From positions 1 through 21,219 of the forward strand of contig JBGPQP010000015.1 in assembly GCA_041489155.1 (NCBI GenBank): a stretch of DNA of 21,219 bases, given 5' to 3'. A program made the position numbers and the translations under genes. This DNA is from Candidatus Aenigmatarchaeota archaeon (GTDB lineage: Archaea > Aenigmatarchaeota > Aenigmatarchaeia > QMZP01 > QMZT01). Each line of letters starts with the position of its first letter. Positions within the stretch are counted from its first letter, which is position 1. Positions 6,109 to 15,927 of this stretch are shown in pieces. The notes beneath the pieces were generated by a model that was not told the DNA's origin, made no database searches, and saw nothing but the letters and a program-made list of their open reading frames with translations.

Positions 6109-7380
6109 TCAGTACTTCGTCTTCTGCCTGTAGCTCACGTCCACCTGATACTCGCTCTTCGTGATGTAGACGCTCTCAAAGGAGAGTTCGGGCGCGATTT
6201 CATCACCCCTTTCTTTTTCGGTGTCTTCATCGGATGCCATGGTTTTTCTTATCTGAACCTCGAACTCCTCTTCAACCGGAGGCAGCGGCGGCTGGTATGA
6301 AAGGCTTGTGGGGAAGCTCCAGATTTGTTTTCCGTTTTCAGGATTAACGCAATAGAGATGGCAGTCCCAGGAGGGCAGTAAAAGTTTGTCATTCCACATG
6401 TCTGAAAAAAAGAAATAACCACCGCCACTGAATCTCCAGACCTCCTTGTGCGTCTTCAGATCAACCGCATAAACGCTCTGGTCTTCCGAGGGGATGAATA
6501 TCATGTTCCTGTAAACATGAGGCAGACCTATATTGCCGCCGGTCTTGAACCTCCAGAGCTCTTTTCCTTCCAGACTTATTGCATAAAGAATGCCTTCTCT
6601 CGACGGAAGGTAAAGAACGTTCCCGTGAAGCAGGGGTGAAAAAACGAGGCCGAAACTTCCCGCCCTGAAGCGCCAGAGCTCCTTCCCTTTGCCTATATCT
6701 ATCGCATACAGGTAGTTGTCAAAGGAATCGACGTATATTATGCCATCGTGCACGAGGAACTCGTTGATGTTGAAAACCTCTCCGCCGGTTTTAAACCTCC
6801 AAAGCTCCTCGCCGGTGGCCTTGTCGAGGCAATAAAGGAAGCCGTCGAAAGAGCCAAAAAATATCATGTTTTCATGCAATGTGGGGGTTGAAATCATCTC
6901 GTCGCCGGTCCTGAATCTCCAGACGAGTTTTCCATCCTTCGCGTCCAGACAGTAAAGATAGCCGTCTCTCGAAACCGTGTAAACCAGGCCAGAATCAATG
7001 GCCGGGCTGCTGTTGATCTCGCCGCCTGTCCTGAACTTCCAGGCGAGCTTGCCTGTCTTCTCATTCAAAGCATAAATGTAACAGTCGAAAGAGCCGAAAT
7101 AAACGATGCCATCGGCTATTTTCGGGTAGCCGTCAACTATGCAGCCGCCCGTCCTGAAACGCCATATCTCCTTGCCGGTTTCGCAGTCAATGGCGTAGAG
7201 ATGATGGTCTGCAGAACCCATGTACGCGACGCCGTCGTGAACCGCCACGCATTCGGCTCCCCCGCCGTACTGGGTTTTCCATATCCTGGAATATTTCTTG
7301 GTCTTTCGTATGACGAAGTCCTCGAGCTCGGTGGAAAACTCGCCGAAATCGAATGTCATGTTCCAGTTTTCGACGTGCAA
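6109..7380 (-). CDS. PQQ-like (BamB-type) beta-propeller repeat protein
   Basis: About eight ~40-aa repeats of GSxDxxLYAxDxxTGKxxWRFxTGG. No signal peptide. The start may be ATG at 7359. Confidence 0.9.
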   Translation of the reverse strand: MHVENWNMTFDFGEFSTELEDFVIRKTKKYSRIWKTQYGGGAECVAVHDGVAYMGSADHHLYAIDCETGKEIWRFRTGGCIVDGYPKIADGIVYFGSFDCYIYALNEKTGKLAWKFRTGGEINSSPAIDSGLVYTVSRDGYLYCLDAKDGKLVWRFRTGDEMISTPTLHENMIFFGSFDGFLYCLDKATGEELWRFKTGGEVFNINEFLVHDGIIYVDSFDNYLYAIDIGKGKELWRFRAGSFGLVFSPLLHGNVLYLPSREGILYAISLEGKELWRFKTGGNIGLPHVYRNMIFIPSEDQSVYAVDLKTHKEVWRFSGGGYFFFSDMWNDKLLLPSWDCHLYCVNPENGKQIWSFPTSLSYQPPLPPVEEEFEVQIRKTMASDEDTEKERGDEIAPELSFESVYITKSEYQVDVSYRQKTKY

Positions 7381-7397
7381 TTTAAAAACAGTTATAT

Positions 7398-9728
7398 TTA
7401 GAAAATCTCTTTCTGGACATGCTTTAAGATTTTGTCCACTTCGCTTTCATCGTAACTCTTCGCCTCCAGAATTTTCTTTATCTCGGAAGCCGCGTAACCT
7501 CTGTAAATGTAGCTCTTCACGAACTTCTCCAGCTCGAACTCGTCCATTTTTCTGTCTGCCTTTCGTCTCTTGTAGTTTTCTGCCGCCAGGTATGCGATTA
7601 CGAGAATCATTACGGTTACGCCGAACATCAGGAAGGACGAATAGTCCTGCCCTTCCCTGCATTCCATCGCCTCTTTGGGTTTTTTGTCAAAGGTGCCGCA
7701 TATGTTGACGTCAACGCACTCCCTTGTTCTAAGGTTAAGCTCGTTGCATTCCGACCATCCCGAACAGACCCACATCTCTTCGCAGGCCTTCGGCGGGCCG
7801 CCTGCGTAAGAGGCTCCTTCTTTGCACTTGCCGCAGTCCTCCTGGCAGTTATCGCAGGTCTCGTAAATAGAACAGAGACCGTCGCCACAGTAGCCGGAGT
7901 AAGAGATTCTCGATAGCAAGGCATATGTGGTGAAATGCTGAACCGAGAAAACGAACGTCGAGTTCTCATAGCTTATGAGCCTGCATTCCTTGCAGAATAC
8001 CGCATCCTTGGTCACTATCGGGTTGTCTAGCGTCACGTTATAGAAGGTTATCACAGCGGATTTGTTGAGATCCGGTGATATCTCCGTGTTTATGATGATG
8101 CTCCCCTCTCCTATTTCTATGTATTTGTTCAAGTTCTTCCCCACGAGTGTGAGCTCGTTTTTCCTGAATTCTATCTTTGCCACTTCAGGGATTCCGATGG
8201 TGATGTTTGTCGCGTTAAGGAGATCGACCTTTGAAAAGTCGGTTGTCAGGTCATTCTCGAATTTATTGTATCTCGGCAGCTCGCAGCCGTAGATGCTGAC
8301 CGCCTTAAACGGCTCAGTGTTGGGGCACTGATCAGCCGCGTCGTAAACGCCGTCGCCGTCAGTGTCCTTCACCGACGCCTCGATTATGTTTACGGTTATG
8401 GTCTTTGTGCTGTAATTCTTGCCATCGCTCACGCTCAGAACAACGTTATAAGCGCCTGCTGTTGTGTAGAAGCGTTCTGTTGTCGGTGATCCGGTCTGCA
8501 GCACTTCACCATTTCCGAAATCCCAGGAGTATGCCAGTTTATCCCCGTCTTCATCATAGCTGGTGACGGCGCTGAACAGTATTTTTGTGCCGACAAGAAA
8601 TTCCTGATTTGCAATGGGATTGGCGATAAGCGCCACTGGCATCCTGTTAACATTGCCCACGGTTATGACGATTTCCCTGTAGACGTTTATTTTGCCGTCG
8701 GAGACCGTGAATCTTATCTTGTAATTGCCCTGCTGCCCTGTCGTCGGCAGCCAGCTGAACTTGCTCGTGATGTTGTCGAACGCCGCGCCTTCGGGGAGGG
8801 GTTCAGCGGAATAAACCACATTGTCGCCGTCGGGATCGCTCGCGCGGACAAAAAATTCGATGAGCACGTTTTCATCAACCTTCCTGTCTCCTATCGGGTC
8901 TATTGCAGGCGGCCTGTTGACCTCGCCTACCGTTATCATTATTTCCTCGTGGCCGGACATCACGGGCTCGCCGTCGTCAAGCACGAAGAAATCCATCCAG
9001 TAATTGCCTTTCTGGTTATACGCCGGATTCCAGTGGAATTTTCTCGCGGTCTTTTCGAAATATGCCCCGGGCGGCAGGCGGGAAGCGTAGAACGAAAGCG
9101 AGTCGCCGTCCGGGTCGCTGCCGTTGACGTAAAACTCGAGCACTTCGCCCTCCTTAACCTCTTTGTTGCCTATGGGCCTGATATAAGGCGGGTGGTTTTC
9201 GTAGCAGCCGCCGTCGTTTGCGCACGCTCCTGTTTCGCAGCCGCAGGTGCCGCATCTTTCCATGAGATATCCGTTGTGGCAGTAAAGTGGTTTTTTGGCA
9301 GAGCACGTGCCGTTAACGGTTCCGTCGCTGCATTTCAAAACGGATTTCAGGCAGGTGTCGTTTTTGCATTCATAGCCTTCGTTGCAGCCGCACAGGGAGC
9401 AATGCGACCTCAGTACTCCGTTATAACAATAAAAAGGTTTTTCCGGAGAACATTGGCCATTTAATGTATTACCGCATTGCAAAGGCATTTTTATGCAGGC
9501 CGTGCCATTGCATTCGAAGCCGGCATCGCAACCGCAAAAAGAGCAGTTCAGCACGATCTGGCCGTTGTCACAATAAGCTGGCTTGTCTGCAAAGCAGCTG
9601 CCATGAGGCACCTCTCCAGTGCATGTTTCTGGTATTCCAACATATCCGTCCGATTCATCAACAGAAAATGACGAGGTTGAAAAGAGTATTAAGACGGCCA
9701 AAAAAACTCCGAAAACAACCCATTTCAT
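7398..9728 (-). CDS. Membrane-anchored cell-surface protein (Cys-rich repeats, Ig/cadherin-like, PKD, TSP3-like)
   Basis: Signal peptide; 3x C..KP.YC.NG....CS.CGC; 2x SDPDGD...LP.GA.F....F.W.P; PKD YSWDFGNG; DTDGDGVYDAADQCPNT; CGDGLC; W.CS.WSEC; C-terminal TM. Confidence 0.88.
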   Translation of the reverse strand: MKWVVFGVFLAVLILFSTSSFSVDESDGYVGIPETCTGEVPHGSCFADKPAYCDNGQIVLNCSFCGCDAGFECNGTACIKMPLQCGNTLNGQCSPEKPFYCYNGVLRSHCSLCGCNEGYECKNDTCLKSVLKCSDGTVNGTCSAKKPLYCHNGYLMERCGTCGCETGACANDGGCYENHPPYIRPIGNKEVKEGEVLEFYVNGSDPDGDSLSFYASRLPPGAYFEKTARKFHWNPAYNQKGNYWMDFFVLDDGEPVMSGHEEIMITVGEVNRPPAIDPIGDRKVDENVLIEFFVRASDPDGDNVVYSAEPLPEGAAFDNITSKFSWLPTTGQQGNYKIRFTVSDGKINVYREIVITVGNVNRMPVALIANPIANQEFLVGTKILFSAVTSYDEDGDKLAYSWDFGNGEVLQTGSPTTERFYTTAGAYNVVLSVSDGKNYSTKTITVNIIEASVKDTDGDGVYDAADQCPNTEPFKAVSIYGCELPRYNKFENDLTTDFSKVDLLNATNITIGIPEVAKIEFRKNELTLVGKNLNKYIEIGEGSIIINTEISPDLNKSAVITFYNVTLDNPIVTKDAVFCKECRLISYENSTFVFSVQHFTTYALLSRISYSGYCGDGLCSIYETCDNCQEDCGKCKEGASYAGGPPKACEEMWVCSGWSECNELNLRTRECVDVNICGTFDKKPKEAMECREGQDYSSFLMFGVTVMILVIAYLAAENYKRRKADRKMDEFELEKFVKSYIYRGYAASEIKKILEAKSYDESEVDKILKHVQKEIF

Positions 9729-9784
9729 TGCTCTCTGATTTAATTATGAGAGTTTAGATAATAAATTCCAGCATTCAGGCTGGT

Positions 9785-12127
9785 TCAGGTTTCCAGAATC
9801 TTTGTCACGCCATCGCTCTCTTTGTCTCGCTGGAGCTTGTAGGTCGAGCCCGTGATGTAGTCGGACAGGCGCTCCTCATGTGTGATGAGGAAGACCTGAT
9901 CGATGATGTTCTCCATCCTGTCTTTCAGAACCGAACCGAAGTGCTCTATTGCGTTGCGGTCGAGGTTGTGCGTCGGCTCATCAAGAATCAGCCAGCGCAG
10001 GTTCGGGGTGAATGCCAAAGCAAAGGCAATGCGGAGCGCAAGGCACGCGAGCGAACGCTCGCCGCCCGAAACAATATCAACGTTGATCCAGTCTTTCGAA
10101 CTTTTGAGCTGGAGTACATAGTCCTTATCCACGAGCATGCGGATTTCCGAGAAATCTCCATAGGGATAAAGCTCTTCCCAGATCTGGTTCATTATGTAAT
10201 TCACGGTCTTGAGGAACTCGTCCCTCAGCTGGTCCTGCGTGTTTCGCAGAACAGAAATGAAAACGTCCATCGCTTCTATTGTTTTTTCATATTTTGCCGC
10301 ATCCCTCTTGTACTGGACGAACACGTCTCTCTGCTCCTCGAGGTCCTTCAGGCCAGCTTTCTTGTCTCTGAGCATTTCGTCGGCGTCATTGAGTTTCGTT
10401 TCCAGGCCGCGCGAAACCCCGACAACTTCCTGCAGTTCGTTCCTCATTTTCTTTATGTCCTTGCCCCTGAGCTTCTTCTCGAGCGAAAGCCTCTGCCTAT
10501 CAAGGCCTTTCAGTTGTTTTGCATGCGCTTCCTTCTCTTCTCTGAGGTTTTCGAATTCTTCCTTTTCCTTCAGCAGGTCGGCATGTCTGTTTTTCTTCAG
10601 CCTCAGTTTTTCGAGCGAAAGCCGCATTGTTTTCTCTTCAGCTTCCTTCTTCCGTACATCGGCAGCTATCGCATTCACTTCCTTCATGTGCAGGGATATC
10701 TTGTCCTCGTTTTCCATTATCCTGTCTTTCAGCGGCTCGATGTCCTTCAGCTCCCTCTTGAGCCCGGTGTACTGGTCGATGTTCCTCCTGAACTCGTCGC
10801 AGCCGGCATTTTCCCTGGTCAGCTTTTTCAGGGCCTCGCTTATCCTGACGTCGATCTCCCCCATGTGCTTCAGTCTGTGCTCGACGAGCTCCTTCTTCCT
10901 GTCGCTGGCGAGAGCTGATTCGCAGACAGGACACTTGTCGCCCGCTGTCTTCAGCTCCGTGAGGCTTCTCTGCATCTCGTTCTTTTCAGCTTCCAGCGAG
11001 TAAAGTTCCTTCTTCAACTCCTCGGCGTTTTTCAGCATCTCTTCCAGTTTCTTATCCGGATCCTCGCCCAGCGTCTTTTCAATCTTCCTGAGCTTCATCT
11101 CGTTCTCTTTGCTCGCCGAAAGCCTGACCTTCGCATCCTTTATCTGTTCGCGGAGGAAATGAATTTTTCCGTTCTTCGATGAAACGCTCTCCCTTATTAT
11201 GCGGATCTCGCTCTCCTTCCCATCGAGTCTGACCTCTAGTTTGATTATACCGGCATTCATTTCTTTCAGGGCTTCGGCGCTTGTTCTCACGCCTTTCAGC
11301 TTCATCTTCCTGCTTTCAAGCTGCTTCTGCATCTCCGAAACGCGCGAGCGGAGCGCATCGCTTTTCCTTGTCGTTTCGTTAAGAAGCTCATGCTGCGACT
11401 CGTAGGCAACGACTTTCTCGGACAGCTTTCTCCTGCCTTTCTCGGCGAAAGAGAGTTTTTCCTTGAGCTCTTCCGCTTCAGTTTCCTTCTTCCTTATTTC
11501 CTTTTCAAACACGGCTATCCTTTCGTCAAGCTTCCGCCCCTTCATGTCTTCTAACACGCGGAGCATTTCCTTGCGGCGCTCGAAAAGCTTGTTCCTTACG
11601 GAAACCGCGGCTTCCCTCGCCTTCTCGTAGCGGTCGAGCTTCAGCATCTCGTCTATCTGCTGCATGCGCTTGCCCTTCGGGATCTGTAGGAAGTAATCGA
11701 GGGCGTTCTGCTCCGAGTAGACTGCCCTCGAGAAAAGATCATAATCCATTTGTAGGATTCTCTCGACCTCGCGCGTCACGCCCTGCGGGTTGACCTCAAG
11801 CAGCTTGCCGTTCTCGCGTATCTCGGCGGAAGAACCCTTGCCTCTGTCGATAGAGCGCTTGATGGCGTAGGTTTTGCCATTTACCATGAATTCGAGCTCG
11901 ACTGAAGCGTGCTGCTTAGTATGAGGTTTCGCCATTATCAGGTCGTCGATGCCAAGTCTCCTGGAACCGAGCGCTGAAAACGTGCCGAAGAGACCGAAAG
12001 CTATCGCTTGCATGACGCTCGTCTTCCCGCTGCCCATTATGCCGAAAAGCGCGTTAACCCCCTTCGAGAACGAGAGCTCGGAATCAAGATGCGATTTCCA
12101 GTTCGTGAGCTTGACGCGCGTAATCAT
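9785..12127 (-). CDS. rad50: Rad50/SbcC-type SMC-family ATPase
   Basis: Walker A GIMGSGKT, Q-loop YSEQ, central zinc hook CPVC within coiled coil, signature VSGGE, Walker B LILDEPT, H-loop ITHE. Confidence 0.88.
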   Translation of the reverse strand: MITRVKLTNWKSHLDSELSFSKGVNALFGIMGSGKTSVMQAIAFGLFGTFSALGSRRLGIDDLIMAKPHTKQHASVELEFMVNGKTYAIKRSIDRGKGSSAEIRENGKLLEVNPQGVTREVERILQMDYDLFSRAVYSEQNALDYFLQIPKGKRMQQIDEMLKLDRYEKAREAAVSVRNKLFERRKEMLRVLEDMKGRKLDERIAVFEKEIRKKETEAEELKEKLSFAEKGRRKLSEKVVAYESQHELLNETTRKSDALRSRVSEMQKQLESRKMKLKGVRTSAEALKEMNAGIIKLEVRLDGKESEIRIIRESVSSKNGKIHFLREQIKDAKVRLSASKENEMKLRKIEKTLGEDPDKKLEEMLKNAEELKKELYSLEAEKNEMQRSLTELKTAGDKCPVCESALASDRKKELVEHRLKHMGEIDVRISEALKKLTRENAGCDEFRRNIDQYTGLKRELKDIEPLKDRIMENEDKISLHMKEVNAIAADVRKKEAEEKTMRLSLEKLRLKKNRHADLLKEKEEFENLREEKEAHAKQLKGLDRQRLSLEKKLRGKDIKKMRNELQEVVGVSRGLETKLNDADEMLRDKKAGLKDLEEQRDVFVQYKRDAAKYEKTIEAMDVFISVLRNTQDQLRDEFLKTVNYIMNQIWEELYPYGDFSEIRMLVDKDYVLQLKSSKDWINVDIVSGGERSLACLALRIAFALAFTPNLRWLILDEPTHNLDRNAIEHFGSVLKDRMENIIDQVFLITHEERLSDYITGSTYKLQRDKESDGVTKILET

Positions 12128-12200
12128 GTAGAGAATTTGGCGCGGGAATTTTTAAGCCTTGAAATTTTAATTTAAATTCCACTTAACGAATTAACCAATT

Positions 12201-13139
12201 ATGTTCTTTCCAGGCGTGCCGAAGGGCTTCAGGGAAAGGTACGAAAAAATAGTGGACGACTGGAATGCGTTTTCTGCATGTTTAACGAAACCGCTGCCCA
12301 AGACGTTCAGAATCAACACTCTGAAGACAGACGCACGAAAAGTCATAGAAAGGCTGGAAGGCTATGGTATTCGGATGACTCCTGTGCCATGGTACGACCT
12401 TGCCTTTACCACAGGCAGCGAGAAGATAGGAGCGACGCTCGAACACTTCACGGGCCGCATATACATTCAGGAAGGCGTCTCCATGATCCCGCCGCTCCTG
12501 CTGCGGGAAGAGCTGGAAGAAACGCCGGAAGCGAAAATCCTTGACGCCTGCGCAGCGCCGGGTTCCAAGACGACGCAGCTCTCCGCGATGATGCGGAACC
12601 GCGGGCTGATAGTGGCGAACGACGCGAGGTTCGGCCGGCTGAAAATCGTGAAGCACAACGCAGAGAAGCTGGGTTGCATGAACGTCGCAATGATAAACAA
12701 AGACATGCGCTTTTTCACGACGGATATGCGCTTCGACTTCATAATGCTGGACGCACCCTGCTCTTCCGAGGGTATAATAAGGAAGAACTGGGACGTGCTG
12801 CTAACATGGAACGAGAAAGACATTTTCTCCGCATCCGGCGTGCAGAAGCAGCTGCTGACCAGGTGCTATGATTTGCTGAAACCTGGCGGCGCTATAATCT
12901 ATTCCACCTGCACTTTCGCGCCTGAAGAGAACGAAGGCGTGATAGATTATATTCTGGAGAAAAGAGATTGCGAATTAGCGGCCATCAGGCTCGACGGCCT
13001 TAAAACCGCTCCGCCCGTGGAGGAATGGAGTGGCAAGGAATTTGACAAAGAGGTCGGCAAGGCCGCAAGGGTCTGGCCGCACCACAACGACACTGGCGGT
13101 TTCTTCGTGGCAAAAATAAGGAAGGCAGGCAGTTCCTGA
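12201..13139 (+). CDS. NOL1/NOP2/RsmB-RsmF family RNA cytosine-C5 methyltransferase
   Basis: YIQE, LDACAAPGSKT, LDAPCS, YSTCT, PEENE and GFFVA motifs. Confidence 0.95.
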   Translation: MFFPGVPKGFRERYEKIVDDWNAFSACLTKPLPKTFRINTLKTDARKVIERLEGYGIRMTPVPWYDLAFTTGSEKIGATLEHFTGRIYIQEGVSMIPPLLLREELEETPEAKILDACAAPGSKTTQLSAMMRNRGLIVANDARFGRLKIVKHNAEKLGCMNVAMINKDMRFFTTDMRFDFIMLDAPCSSEGIIRKNWDVLLTWNEKDIFSASGVQKQLLTRCYDLLKPGGAIIYSTCTFAPEENEGVIDYILEKRDCELAAIRLDGLKTAPPVEEWSGKEFDKEVGKAARVWPHHNDTGGFFVAKIRKAGSS

Positions 13140-13143
13140 GGCG

Positions 13144-13611
13144 ATGCGTATGATTATAAAGCCGCTCCAAAAGGCGAAGGAGAAAGAGCTGTTAAACTTC
13201 CTTAGAGATAGGTTCGGCATGGACAGGCACGCTTTCTCCGGCTTCGGCCTGATCACGACGCCGAAAGGCAGGGTGTTCATGGTAACGCCCGGCGTCTACG
13301 AGTTCTCCGAGACGATAAACGTCGCCTCAATAAGCCTGCCTTTCGCCCGCTTCGAAGGTAAGATAAAGCCGACCTCGGTGATGCTACAGATGTTCGGCCA
13401 CCTAGCAACAAAAAATGTCATCGAGCTGGGCAGGGAAGATGCGATAAATTTCGCCAGTGGTCTGGACCTCAGCGCCGGGAGTCACGGCTGCTCGGACGGT
13501 TATATTATATTGAAATATGAAGGCATCCCGCTCGGCTGCGGGCTGCTGAGAGGCAACGAAATCAAGAACATGCTGCCGAAAGCGAAAAGAATGACGCTTG
13601 AGCTGCTCTGA
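13144..13611 (+). CDS. RsmF C-terminal / NIP7-like PUA-domain RNA-binding protein
   Basis: ATKNVIEL...F..GLDL...GYIILKYEGIPLGCG...IKNMLPK; starts 4 nt after the methyltransferase. Confidence 0.75.
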   Translation: MRMIIKPLQKAKEKELLNFLRDRFGMDRHAFSGFGLITTPKGRVFMVTPGVYEFSETINVASISLPFARFEGKIKPTSVMLQMFGHLATKNVIELGREDAINFASGLDLSAGSHGCSDGYIILKYEGIPLGCGLLRGNEIKNMLPKAKRMTLELL

Positions 13612-13652
13612 TATTTATAAACCAAAACCGCATATAATCAACATATCTTAGG

Positions 13653-14987
13653 GTGATTCTGATAAGCGAAAAAAAGTCCGAAAAAACCGAAAGGCAAGAG
13701 AAAGTTGACAGGCAGGAAAAAGCGAGCAGGGATGAAAAACTCGAAAAGACTGACAAATCGGACAAGCTGGACAAGCGGCTTATCCCTGATTTTAACATCG
13801 GCATCGTCGGGCACGTGGACCACGGCAAGACGACGCTGACCGAAGCGCTGACCGGCAAATGGACCGATACGCATTCCGAGGAGATAAAACGAGGAATTTC
13901 CATACGCCTCGGCTATGCAGAGATGACGGTTTACAAATGCCTCAAGTGCAAGGGCACGAAGGCATATTCGACGGCGAAGAAATGCATAAACTGCTTCTCC
14001 AGCTGCGAGCCCGTGCGCACGATATCGTTCGTCGACGCGCCCGGCCACGAAACGCTGATGGCGACCGTGCTGTCAGGCGCGGCGCTGATGGACGGCGCGC
14101 TGCTCATTATCGCAGCGAACGAGGCATGCCCGCAGCCGCAGACTTCCGAACATCTGACAGCGTTAAACATCGTCGGCATAAAGAAGATAATAATCGTGCA
14201 GACTAAAATCGATCTAGTCACGAGAGAGCAGGCGCTCACGAATTACCAGCAGATCAAGGCTTTCATTAAAGGAACGATTGCCGAGAACGCGCCTGTCATC
14301 CCGATTTCCTCGAGGCAGAGGGTCAACCTCGACCTACTTATAGAAACGATGGACAGCGTGATGGAAGTCCCGGAACGCGACCAGGGAAAGATTCCTAAAT
14401 TCCTTATTGCGAGGTCATTCGACGTCAACAAGCCCGGAACGGAAATAGAGCAGCTGAGGGGCGGCGTGATCGGCGGCTCGCTTACGCAGGGGAAGCTGAA
14501 GGTCGGTGATGAGATAGAGATAAAACCGGGCATAAAGGTGAAGGATAAATACGAGCCTGTCTTCGCCAGAATAACAAGCATGCAGAAGGCAGGGATGAAC
14601 CTGAACGAAATAGAGCCCGGAGGCCTAGCCGGAGTTTCGACGACGCTCGATCCCTATCTCACTAAATCCGATTCCCTTTCTGGGAGCATAGCAAGCACCC
14701 CGGGGAAGCTTCCGCTTGTCGTGAGCCACGCGAAGTTCAGAACCACGCTTCTGAAGCGCGTTGTCGGGACGAAGGAGGAAATGGATGTCGGCAGCCTGAA
14801 AACCAGCGACATTCTCATGATAACCCTCGCGACGATGAGGACGACCGGCTCGGTTGTTTCGACGAGGCAGAACGAAGTTGATGTCAACCTGAAAAGCCCG
14901 CTCTGCGCAGGCAAAGGCGAAAGGGTCGCTCTTTCAAAACTTTTCTCCGGCCGCTGGAGGCTCATAGGCTACGGGGAAATTGTCTAA
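13653..14987 (+). CDS. eif2g: Translation initiation factor 2 subunit gamma (aIF2-gamma)
   Basis: NIGIVGHVDHGKTT, HSEEIKRGISIRLGYA, Zn knuckle CLKC..CINC, DAPGHETLMATVLSGAA, PQPQT, RSFDVNKPG, GGVIGG, WRLIGYG. Confidence 0.98.
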   Translation: MILISEKKSEKTERQEKVDRQEKASRDEKLEKTDKSDKLDKRLIPDFNIGIVGHVDHGKTTLTEALTGKWTDTHSEEIKRGISIRLGYAEMTVYKCLKCKGTKAYSTAKKCINCFSSCEPVRTISFVDAPGHETLMATVLSGAALMDGALLIIAANEACPQPQTSEHLTALNIVGIKKIIIVQTKIDLVTREQALTNYQQIKAFIKGTIAENAPVIPISSRQRVNLDLLIETMDSVMEVPERDQGKIPKFLIARSFDVNKPGTEIEQLRGGVIGGSLTQGKLKVGDEIEIKPGIKVKDKYEPVFARITSMQKAGMNLNEIEPGGLAGVSTTLDPYLTKSDSLSGSIASTPGKLPLVVSHAKFRTTLLKRVVGTKEEMDVGSLKTSDILMITLATMRTTGSVVSTRQNEVDVNLKSPLCAGKGERVALSKLFSGRWRLIGYGEIV

Positions 14988-15010
14988 TGCCCGTTGCACG
15001 GTTTTGCGGC

Positions 15011-15073
15011 TTTGCCTACAAAGTCTTGAAATAAGCCTACTTTTTGTGCAGACGGCATTTTTGCCCAAAAAGT
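15011..15073. repeat. Three copies of a 14-bp repeat (consensus ACTTTTTGGGCAAA), orientations -,+,-
   Basis: TTTGCCTACAAAGT 15011-15024; ACTTTTTGTGCAGA 15039-15052; TTTGCCCAAAAAGT 15060-15073. Confidence 0.75.
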
Positions 15074-15154
15074 GACGTTTTTATCTACTTATATAATTTC
15101 TTATTAGTAGTGAATAATCCAAACATTTAAATAACTAACTTTCATATTAAATAT

Positions 15155-15868
15155 ATGTCAAAGCCTATCACAAGATTTGACCACGAATTTGTCGCGTATA
15201 ATAATGTAGTTATAGCTGTACCTTATAGAGGGGAAGGTTCAAGATTCGTTTCTCTTGATGGTAGACAAGTTTCAGAAATGAGCAAAATAGATAAGTTAAA
15301 GGAAGGATCTCCTGTTTATTGGTCTGATTTAGGTAATATACACTCTCTGGCCTATAGAACTAAACACAGACAACCTAACAAAACTGACGATAAACAAGAA
15401 TTAATTGCCGGGATTGGGAGCAAGGATAAAGGGATTTTGCTGGAACTAGAATTTCCTCGTTATTGGGACCTAATTGATCATAAGCGTCCCAATGGAAATG
15501 CTTTAATACCAATAGACATATTTCCAGAAGATATATTACCAGTGTACCTGAAAGGAGGTTATGTTGATCAAGATCGTGGCAATCCTGCCGGTTTGCTAGT
15601 TGCTGGTCTAGGCGAATGCAGATTGGTAGTAAGCGGATCTGGTGAATCCAGAATTATTTTGCCAGATAAAGGCAGATTCCCGAGATATTATCATGCTAAT
15701 GGCATTGAAGTGATTCCAAGAAGCGAAAGAATATACGCGACTGCTGAATGCAGAGTTAAAAAGCAAAATATAACAGATTCTCTTCACAAAGCAGGCGTCG
15801 ATATACCGAGAACGCTTGAAAGATTTGAAGATTTTGGAAGATGGAAAGTATCTGAAGGAATTTTTTAA
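15155..15868 (+). CDS. Hypothetical protein (AT-rich, beta-strand-rich orphan)
   Basis: 237-aa ORF with TTTAAATA TATA box at 15126-15133. Codon usage differs from neighbours. No recognised motif. Confidence 0.7.
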   Translation: MSKPITRFDHEFVAYNNVVIAVPYRGEGSRFVSLDGRQVSEMSKIDKLKEGSPVYWSDLGNIHSLAYRTKHRQPNKTDDKQELIAGIGSKDKGILLELEFPRYWDLIDHKRPNGNALIPIDIFPEDILPVYLKGGYVDQDRGNPAGLLVAGLGECRLVVSGSGESRIILPDKGRFPRYYHANGIEVIPRSERIYATAECRVKKQNITDSLHKAGVDIPRTLERFEDFGRWKVSEGIF

Positions 15869-15875
15869 AATTTAG

Positions 15876-15927
15876 ACTTTTTGTGCAGAATCCCGACTTT
15901 TTGGGCAAACGCTACTTATTGGGCAAA
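15876..15927 (+). repeat. Three tandem copies of the same 14-bp repeat
   Basis: ACTTTTTGTGCAGA 15876-15889; ACTTTTTGGGCAAA 15896-15909; ACTTATTGGGCAAA 15914-15927. Confidence 0.8.

Noticed and set aside
9878..11405. Long plus-strand ORFs (346, 264 and 68 aa)
   Set aside because: Antisense shadows of the Rad50 coiled-coil coding sequence with no protein-like motifs.
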